DNA of 64,000 nucleotides from Candidatus Omnitrophota bacterium. GTDB taxonomy: Bacteria; Omnitrophota; Gorgyraeia; JABMRG01. Position numbers and translations under genes: made by a program. This document shows positions 57,413 through 64,000 of this stretch, in pieces. The stretch covers positions 104,098 through 168,097 of the forward strand of contig JAUVHV010000002.1 in the NCBI GenBank assembly GCA_030593065.1, given 5' to 3'. Each line of letters begins with the position of its first letter. The stretch's first letter is position 1. Below the pieces are notes generated by a model. The model saw nothing but the letters and a program-made list of their open reading frames with translations. It ran no database searches and had not been told where the DNA came from.

Positions 57413-57599
57413 CGGCTATAATCCTTTATTTTTAAATACTTTTTAAAACTAAATAGTAAGTATGAATAAAAAAAGAGCCTTTACTTAGACTTATCCCTTT
57501 AAATTAAATATGCCATACAATGCGGGTAAAATCAAGGGGCCAGAGCATAAAATAATAATATTTTATGCTCTGGCCCTGAATAAATATGTCAAGTGTTTC

Positions 57600-57908
57600 T
57601 TAAACAGTTCTGCCTATCCAGTCGAGATAATCCTGGCTGCCTTCAGATATCGTTATACTTATTATCTCTGGCGTATCATAGTTATGAAGTTTTTTAACCA
57701 TGTCTTTCAATTTTTTAAAATGGCTTCTCCTGGTTTTCGCTATCAATAGATGTTCACCAGATACCTCTTTCTTTCCTTTCCATATAAAAATAGACTTGAT
57801 ACCCGGTATAATATTTACGCAGGCAGCTAATTTAGAGTCAACGAGTTCATTCGCTATTCTTTCCGCGTCTTCCTCTGACGATACTGTAATAAAAACCATT
57901 ATATACAT
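57600..57908 (-). CDS. cutA: Divalent-cation tolerance protein CutA
   Basis: 102 aa; MYIMVFITVSSEEDAERIANELVDSKLAACVNIIPGIKSIFIWKG is characteristic of CutA1. Confidence 0.85.
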   Translation of the reverse strand: MYIMVFITVSSEEDAERIANELVDSKLAACVNIIPGIKSIFIWKGKKEVSGEHLLIAKTRRSHFKKLKDMVKKLHNYDTPEIISITISEGSQDYLDWIGRTV

Positions 57909-58147
57909 TATAAAGCATTTCCCTTTCGCTTGTTAAAACTTCCGCATTGCGGGCATTTTGATATTATATCATGCTGGTTGTCTATATAGGTAAATGTGCA
58001 TACTTCACATTGCCATATAGATTTCTTCTCTGAGGCATACTGTCTAGGTTTTGTCTCTCTGTCCAGAAACAACCATAAAAGCAACAGAGTTATTACTGTT
58101 AAACATAAATACAACGCAACTGCCGTAGCTATATCAAGTTCAATCAT
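57908..58147 (-). CDS. Small membrane protein with a C-terminal CxxC...CxxC zinc ribbon
   Basis: 79 aa; one TM, then WQCEVCTF...CPQCGS. Confidence 0.4.
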   Translation of the reverse strand: MIELDIATAVALYLCLTVITLLLLWLFLDRETKPRQYASEKKSIWQCEVCTFTYIDNQHDIISKCPQCGSFNKRKGNAL

Positions 58148-58176
58148 GATTTAATACAACTTATTTTAAAATATGT

Positions 58177-58881
58177 TTATCGTCCAAATTCAATCTGAAC
58201 AATGCCTTCCTGATCCTCTTGCGCCTGATCAGGTTTAAGAGGAATAAATTTCCATTTCTTGACATATCTTACAGCAATAAGATTTATATCAGGATAACCT
58301 GAACTCTGTAAGATGTCAGCTGCCTTTACTGTACCATCTTTTGTAATAATAAGCCTTAATTTCACACTACAGGAAATAAGTATATTATCTTTATGGCGCG
58401 CGGATAGAGTTACTTTGTAATCAGGAAAAGGCGGCTTAAACAGAACAATCCTGTCTTTGGCTTTGCCGCTTATTTCTGAAAAACTGCTATCAGGTTCTAA
58501 GTAAACACGTTCCTTTTTCACCATATCAGGAAAAAGCTTTTCTGTGCCGATAATCGAATCTATGCCCATAATCTCTGATGAATTCTCCAAAAAGAAACCT
58601 CTCTCCCTGCCAAAACCAATACGCTTAACAGGGATTACCTGCTGGTCATCTAAAAATAATCCAGCTGTTGCTTTTCGCCTATTTTTAGAAAAAGTATCAA
58701 GATCTCTAAATTCATGTTTAAAAAACTTTTTGTCAAGCAAAGAGCCCAGGAAGTATATACCTGAAAGCCTCTTTTGCATTACGCCTACAGGCACTATGAT
58801 AATCGTAACCATAAAAAAACAGAGTAGGTGCCACAGGAAAGACATTATAAGCGCGCGATTAAAATTAATCTTGAATTGCAT
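58177..58881 (-). CDS. TonB-family energy transducer (TonB/TolA-like C-terminal domain)
   Basis: 234 aa; N-terminal TM; C-terminal KLRLIITKDGTVKAADILQSSGYPDINLIAVRYVKKWKFIP is TonB_C-like. Confidence 0.65.
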   Translation of the reverse strand: MQFKINFNRALIMSFLWHLLCFFMVTIIIVPVGVMQKRLSGIYFLGSLLDKKFFKHEFRDLDTFSKNRRKATAGLFLDDQQVIPVKRIGFGRERGFFLENSSEIMGIDSIIGTEKLFPDMVKKERVYLEPDSSFSEISGKAKDRIVLFKPPFPDYKVTLSARHKDNILISCSVKLRLIITKDGTVKAADILQSSGYPDINLIAVRYVKKWKFIPLKPDQAQEDQEGIVQIEFGR

Positions 58882-58895
58882 TTTATTGTTTAGCC

Positions 58896-59303
58896 CTAAT
58901 CGGTTGTCTGGGTAGTAGCTATATTTACCTGCTGAACACCTTCCTGCCTGCAGATATCCCAGACTATTACGATGCGCCCCAAAGAAGCCTTTCTATCAGA
59001 TTTTATAAGGACCGGAAGCCTGGCAGCGGCTATACCTTTTAACAAAGAAGAGAGCTCCTTAATAGTAACCAACTTCTGCTTGTAATATATAAGGTTCTCT
59101 GCCGTAATGCTGATTACAGCATTATCTTCGCTCAACATCTCTGATGTTATGGCACGGGGAAGATTAACCCTGATGCCGGGTTGAAATATAAAACTGGATG
59201 TAAGCATAAAGAATATGAGAAGTAAAAAAACAACATCTATCAAGGGGGCTATATCTATAGTACGAAGTGTTTTTTCTAATTTAAGATGCCTTTTAAGCCT
59301 CAT
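58896..59303 (-). CDS. exbD: Biopolymer transport protein ExbD/TolR
   Basis: 135 aa; IDIAPLIDVVFLLLIFFMLTS TM motif. Confidence 0.85.
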   Translation of the reverse strand: MRLKRHLKLEKTLRTIDIAPLIDVVFLLLIFFMLTSSFIFQPGIRVNLPRAITSEMLSEDNAVISITAENLIYYKQKLVTIKELSSLLKGIAAARLPVLIKSDRKASLGRIVIVWDICRQEGVQQVNIATTQTTD

Positions 59304-59925
59304 AGTCTTTGCCTCTCTGGGTAAGTATGTTTATAAGATCTGTGGAACTTCTCTCCATATCAAGCACAAGGCCGTTAACCCTGCTTACCAGGTAGTTATA
59401 TGCTACATATACAGGAATCGCGACTGTAAGGCCCGCGACTGTAGTAATAAGCGCTGCCCATATACCGCCTGCCAGATCACCCGGTGAAACCGGATTGAAC
59501 GAAGTAGATTTCTGCTGTATAACCTGGAAACATCCTACCATACCAACAACTGTACCAAGAAGGCCTAATAACGGCGAGATATGAGCGATAGTCGCAAGAG
59601 CTGTAAGATTCTTCTCCATCCTGGGCACCTCATACAAACCCGCTTCTTCTATCGCTTCTTTTATCTCAGGCTTTGGACGGTCATGCTTCAGGATACCTGC
59701 CTTCAGAATATGCGCAATCGGGCCGGGAGTCTTATCGCATGTCTCAATAGCTTCCATAATCTTGTTGCGGCGTAAAATGTTAGCAATCTCATCCATAAAT
59801 TTGCGCGTATCTATCTTTGCCCTATGAAGGTGGTAAACCTTTTCTATGGCAATAGCTAAAGCGATTATGGAACATAAGATTATCGGGTACATTACTGCCC
59901 CACCTTTTACAATCAGACTAAACAT
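59293..59925 (-). CDS. exbB: MotA/TolQ/ExbB proton channel protein
   Basis: 210 aa; three TM segments; ...ALATIAHISPLLGLLGTVVGMV motif region. Confidence 0.85.
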   Translation of the reverse strand: MFSLIVKGGAVMYPIILCSIIALAIAIEKVYHLHRAKIDTRKFMDEIANILRRNKIMEAIETCDKTPGPIAHILKAGILKHDRPKPEIKEAIEEAGLYEVPRMEKNLTALATIAHISPLLGLLGTVVGMVGCFQVIQQKSTSFNPVSPGDLAGGIWAALITTVAGLTVAIPVYVAYNYLVSRVNGLVLDMERSSTDLINILTQRGKDYEA

Positions 59926-59981
59926 AAAAATACCTCCTTTGTTAACTGTTAAATAAAAAATAGGTTCTTTGCGTAACTATT

Positions 59982-62465
59982 TTACTCAAGCCCTGTTTTA
60001 TGCTTATCTATCCAACGCAACCTTTCACGGGCATGTTTAGCTTCCTGTACATCCTCCAGAGCTATCTCCTCGTATATCTTTCGCGCGTCAAGCCATCTTT
60101 CCTGTGCCTCAAATATCTGTGCCGTTCGTAAACGCGCGCGCATGGCCCAATATCTGCTATTAGGGTAGAGATAGCCGACTTTCAGGTATTCTGAAATCGC
60201 GCTGTCAAAACGAGATTCATCTTCCATGCATTCAGCAATTCTAAACTGCAATTCCGCGTTAAAATCATTATCATCGGCTGTAAGCGCCTTTCTATAATAG
60301 CTGACAGACTTGCCATAAAAACCTTTTGACTGATATATAAGTCCTATCTTTTTATTCATTATCTTTTGAAATTGCCTGTCCTTATAATTCGCGATAAGAC
60401 GCTCAAGCGTCCTTACAGCCTCCTTATATTTTCCTGATTCTGTCAGGATATCACCAAGTGCTATCGCAGCACTATATGCTGAATCACTATTCGGATAACG
60501 AATTATAACACTTTCGAATTGATCAAGAGCAAGCTTAAGCTTACCTTCACGATAAAATGTCCACCCCAACAGATAATTCGCATCATCCACCAGCCCGCTC
60601 TTTGGAAAACCTGCTATAACCCTGTTTAAACTGATCTTTGTCCTTGGGTAAAGGCCTTTGCTGTAATAGTTCTGCGCAAACCAAAAAATAATATCCGCAG
60701 TTATATCACTATCCGGATAACGCATAAGATAATCATCAAATATCTTTGTAGCGACCTTCTCTTTTCCCATCCGGTAATAACACCAACCCAATTCATACCT
60801 CGAGAGCCTTTCTAACTCCGTATCGGAAGTCTTGCTTATTATATTTTTAAAAATTTTAACTGCTCCCGCATAATCCCTGGTATTATAATGGCAGCTTCCT
60901 ATCTGATATAGAGCCTTATCCTTAAATTCACTGTTATAAAATTCTTCCACTATTTGATCATACTTCTGTATAGCAAACTTATAGTTAGCCTGTTTGTAAT
61001 ATATATTACCTAATTGGAATATTACCTTATCCATAAGCTTACTCTTGGGAAAATTACTCATAAAACTCTTAAATGTAATTATCGCGTTAGCAAGTTCATT
61101 TATGTTAACAAAGGTTTCTCCGAGCCTATACTGAGCGTAATCAGCATAATAATTATCAGGATATTCGTTCAGCACATTATCATAATACTGCTGGGCCTGT
61201 TCATAATCACCTATGTCAAAATAGATGTCACCGATGCGGCACATTGAGCTTGCCTTAAAATTATTGTTATCTGAAAGCTCTTTTGCCTGCTTGAACTGAA
61301 GTATAGCCTCCTTTGGCTCATCAAGGCGCAGAAGAGTCCATGCAAGGTTATAGTGTGTCTCTGGCAAAAGTTCACTTTTGGGAAAATAGTTTAAAAGCTC
61401 TTTATATGCCGCTACCGCGTCTTGGTAGTTACCAATATTATAAAGGGATTCCGCTTTCTGGAAATATGCTTCCTCCACGTACTTGCTGGTAGAGTATATA
61501 TCTAATAAACGGTCATAGGCGATTACAGCTTCCTTATTTTTACCTTCCATGCTATAAGAACGGCCTAAACCAAAAAGCGCGTTATCTTCATAGCCATTGA
61601 GTGAATCATCCTCAATAATACCTTGAAATTCCTTAATAGCATCGCCATATTCAGCCATCTTAAAATAAGACCAGCTTATACCGAGCCGGGCATGCGGTAT
61701 CCATTTTTCCGCGCCTGAAAACTCCAGTGAATCTTTGTATAAAGCAATAGCACCTTCATAATCCTTAAGCTGATAAAGTATCTCCGCATTTAAATATAGC
61801 GCATCCTTTGCCTCATTTGCCAATGAAAATCTCTTCAGATAATATTCCACCCTCTCTTTTGCCTTGTTAAGTTCAGAAAGGTCATAATAGGATTCTGCTG
61901 CTTTGTAGATAGCTGATGGTAAAATTTTTGAATTTGAATATTTATCTATTATCTTTTCAAAATCCTGCAGCGCCTGTCGCATATCATTCTTTTTATAATA
62001 AGCCCAACCGCGTGAGTAATAAGCGTATGGGATATATGCAGAATGCGGATACTTATCGATAAGGCGCTGATAGAATGATATCGCGCTATCATACTCAGCA
62101 ACCTTGAAATTAACTTCACCGCACCAGTATAACGCGTCATCCTTGAATTTAGAATTATCAAGACCAAGCACGCTTTCAAACCGGTTCAGTGCTTTGGAAT
62201 ATTCGCCTTTGTAAAAATAGGATTTCCCGATAAGCATACGAGCTTCGGCAGTACGGGGGCCTGTTGGATAATGCGCAAGAAACTGGTTTACCTGCTCTAT
62301 TGTCAGATCATATAAGCCATCGGCAAAAGTCTTCCGCGCGAGTAAAAGCTGGGTATCTTTTTGTTCATTATCTGCGTAAAGATTAATTGGCATGCAAACA
62401 GAACAAAAAAGCATGATTAGTATAATAGGATTATATATGGTTTTCATATCTGATAAGTATATCAT
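59982..62465 (-). CDS. Large secreted tetratricopeptide-repeat protein (YbgF/CpoB-like TPR arrays)
   Basis: 827 aa; signal peptide; about 15 TPR units (recurrent W/Y..G.....G.Y..A...F pattern); immediately upstream of exbB-exbD-tonB. Confidence 0.7.
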   Translation of the reverse strand: MIYLSDMKTIYNPIILIMLFCSVCMPINLYADNEQKDTQLLLARKTFADGLYDLTIEQVNQFLAHYPTGPRTAEARMLIGKSYFYKGEYSKALNRFESVLGLDNSKFKDDALYWCGEVNFKVAEYDSAISFYQRLIDKYPHSAYIPYAYYSRGWAYYKKNDMRQALQDFEKIIDKYSNSKILPSAIYKAAESYYDLSELNKAKERVEYYLKRFSLANEAKDALYLNAEILYQLKDYEGAIALYKDSLEFSGAEKWIPHARLGISWSYFKMAEYGDAIKEFQGIIEDDSLNGYEDNALFGLGRSYSMEGKNKEAVIAYDRLLDIYSTSKYVEEAYFQKAESLYNIGNYQDAVAAYKELLNYFPKSELLPETHYNLAWTLLRLDEPKEAILQFKQAKELSDNNNFKASSMCRIGDIYFDIGDYEQAQQYYDNVLNEYPDNYYADYAQYRLGETFVNINELANAIITFKSFMSNFPKSKLMDKVIFQLGNIYYKQANYKFAIQKYDQIVEEFYNSEFKDKALYQIGSCHYNTRDYAGAVKIFKNIISKTSDTELERLSRYELGWCYYRMGKEKVATKIFDDYLMRYPDSDITADIIFWFAQNYYSKGLYPRTKISLNRVIAGFPKSGLVDDANYLLGWTFYREGKLKLALDQFESVIIRYPNSDSAYSAAIALGDILTESGKYKEAVRTLERLIANYKDRQFQKIMNKKIGLIYQSKGFYGKSVSYYRKALTADDNDFNAELQFRIAECMEDESRFDSAISEYLKVGYLYPNSRYWAMRARLRTAQIFEAQERWLDARKIYEEIALEDVQEAKHARERLRWIDKHKTGLE

Positions 62466-62511
62466 TTAGTAAATATAAATTCAATAACAAAATACTCAGA
62501 AAAGCCAATAT

Positions 62512-62722
62512 AATCTCTTATGCTTTCTGCCTTCGCAGCGCAGGTATTTTTGCCGTTTATTTACACTCAGCGCAAAAAAATCCAATGCGCTGCTAAAAGG
62601 CAAAGGCATAAGAGGTGTTCTTATCTGATAGCTACTGAGGACAAAATATCCGAGCGACCAAAGGAAGTCCCTTTAGGCAGAAGTACCGAGAGCTTCGCGA
62701 ACGGTGCAACAAAACTCTTATG
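62512..62722. repeat. Mosaic GC-rich intergenic repeat, copy C
   Basis: 62512-62640 is the reverse complement of 56560-56710. 62640-62705 resembles 56345-56400 (CCGAGAGCT(C/T)CGCGAACG core). The tail GCAACAAAACTCT matches the A/B module end. Confidence 0.8.
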
Positions 62723-62724
62723 AG

Positions 62725-64000
62725 TCACTTAGCCATTACTTTTCTGAGATAGGCTCCTGTATAGGAATATCTGTTTTTGGAGATTTCGGAAGGAGAACCA
62801 CAGGCAACTATCTTACCGCCTTTTTCACCGCCTTCCGGGCCTAAGTCTACAATATAATCCGCGGACTTTATCACATCAAGATTATGTTCTATAACCAATA
62901 CCGTATTACCCTGGGTAACTAACCTATTTAAAACCGATAAGAGCTTACTTACATCCGCAAAATGTAACCCGGTAGTAGGCTCATCCAGGATATATAGAGT
63001 TCTGCCTGTTGCCGATTTTGAAAGTTCTGTCGCCAGTTTTATTCTTTGAGCCTCACCGCCGGAAAGAGTTGTAGCGGGCTGGCCAAGTTCAATGTAACCT
63101 AAACCAACATCAGAAAGAGTCTTCAATTTTTTACGTATAGGGGGGATATTAGCGAACAGCTCTAAGGCATCATCAACAGCCATCTCTAACACATCTGATA
63201 TAGACTTACCCTTATATCTTACCTCAAGCGTCTGATGATTAAAACGTTTTCCCTTGCAAGCCTGGCACTGGATATAAACATCCGGAAGAAAATGCATCTC
63301 TATTTTCTTTACTCCATCACCCTCGCAAATTTCACACCTACCACCTTTAACATTAAAACTAAACCGGCCTGCTTTATATCCCCTTATCTTTGATTCAGGA
63401 AGTTTGCTGAATAGATCTCTTATATGGCTAAAAGCACCTGTATAGGTCATGGAGTTGGAACGCGGCGTACGTCCTATAGGCGCCTGATCCACAACTATTA
63501 CCTTATCTATATGCTCACTTCCTAAAATCGTTTTATGCTTGCCTGGGACTTGAGTTGAATTATAGAATTTTCTCGCAAGTGCCCTGTAGAGTATCTCATC
63601 TACTAATGTAGATTTTCCCGAACCGGAAACACCTGTTACACAACTGAATATACCCAAAGGCAAAGAGACATCAATCCCTTTTAGGTTGTGCTCACTCGCT
63701 TCTTTAATAATAAGTTTCTTTCTATTTTTATAATCTCTGGGATTACCAGATGAGGCTACTATCAAGCTGCCGTTTAAATACTTTGCGGTCAGGGAAGCCT
63801 TATTTTTAAGAAGGCCTTTTATTCGGCCGCTATATATAAGCTCCCCGCCGAATTTTCCGGCGCCAGGGCCTAAATCCACAACAAAATCCGCGCTTCTGAT
63901 CATAGCCTCATCATGCTCTACAACAAGAATAGTATTACCAAGATCGCGCAAAGCCTTAAGCGTAGAAAGAAGCTTGAAATTATCCTTCTGGTGAAGGCCT
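62725..64000 (-). CDS. uvrA: Excinuclease ABC subunit A; C-terminal portion only, the gene continues beyond the window end
   Basis: Second ABC ATPase module and zinc finger (CEICEGDG; [12 protein letters not shown]; [10 protein letters not shown]). The N-terminal half lies off-window; the ORF-track Met at 63951 is internal. Confidence 0.9.
   Translation of the reverse strand, partial: GLHQKDNFKLLSTLKALRDLGNTILVVEHDEAMIRSADFVVDLGPGAGKFGGELIYSGRIKGLLKNKASLTAKYLNGSLIVASSGNPRDYKNRKKLIIKEASEHNLKGIDVSLPLGIFSCVTGVSGSGKSTLVDEILYRALARKFYNSTQVPGKHKTILGSEHIDKVIVVDQAPIGRTPRSNSMTYTGAFSHIRDLFSKLPESKIRGYKAGRFSFNVKGGRCEICEGDGVKKIEMHFLPDVYIQCQACKGKRFNHQTLEVRYKGKSISDVLEMAVDDALELFANIPPIRKKLKTLSDVGLGYIELGQPATTLSGGEAQRIKLATELSKSATGRTLYILDEPTTGLHFADVSKLLSVLNRLVTQGNTVLVIEHNLDVIKSADYIVDLGPEGGEKGGKIVACGSPSEISKNRYSYTGAYLRKVMAK

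Noticed and set aside
1-64000. CRISPR arrays, integrases, transposases, phage genes
   Set aside because: There are no direct-repeat/spacer arrays, and no ORF shows recombinase, transposase or phage structural motifs. The window looks like core chromosome plus a secretion-system island.

Overview
This window is a 64 kb chromosomal segment from an AT-rich bacterium (GC roughly in the high 30s % by eye). About 60 of 62 genes sit on the minus strand; the only substantial plus-strand gene is at 51453-53693. Content in order:
- A partial HAMP-domain membrane protein at the 5' edge.
- A compact five-gene operon encoding the methyl branch of the Wood-Ljungdahl / tetrahydrofolate C1 pathway: fhs, fchA, folD, metV, metF.
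- A long run of housekeeping genes: rnhB, rplS, trmD, rpsP, murA, prfA, prmC, rpmE, rho, coaE, glgA, polA, tsaD, ctpA, gatCAB, rsmA, pdxA, surA, ppiC, argS, rsfS.
- A small envelope / cytoskeletal island of two HAMP-only proteins, a TPR-PDZ protein, an HTH-TM protein, a bactofilin-HTH fusion and MgtC.
- A 13 kb type II secretion / type IV pilus-like gene cluster. It contains a secretin with a C-terminal TonB-C-like domain, a PilM-PilN fusion, and embedded LacI-family and MerR-family regulators.
- A radical-SAM methylthiotransferase, tRNA-Arg(CCG), rsmE, and a fused membrane/spermidine-synthase-like protein.
- A single 849-aa ORF that fuses all three components of the AmmeMemoRadiSam system (radical SAM AmrS, Memo-like AmrB, AMMECR1 AmrA) behind an N-terminal hydrophobic anchor.
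- An ExbB-ExbD-TonB (Tol/Ton-like) cluster preceded by an 827-aa TPR protein.
- The 3' part of uvrA at the window end.
Two things stand out as not explained by ordinary annotation. First, a mosaic, GC-rich intergenic repeat family is present in three copies (about 30.5 kb, 56.3-56.7 kb and 62.5-62.7 kb). The copies shuffle shared modules in both orientations and carry a hairpin with a conserved loop and compensatory stem changes. Second, the AmrS-AmrB-AmrA triple fusion.
Other items of note: an N- and C-terminally truncated Mfd homolog, an unannotated 47-aa zinc-ribbon ORF, and a tRNA-Arg with an apparent C at position 55.
All functional calls come from reading the translated ORFs for family motifs; no database searches were run.
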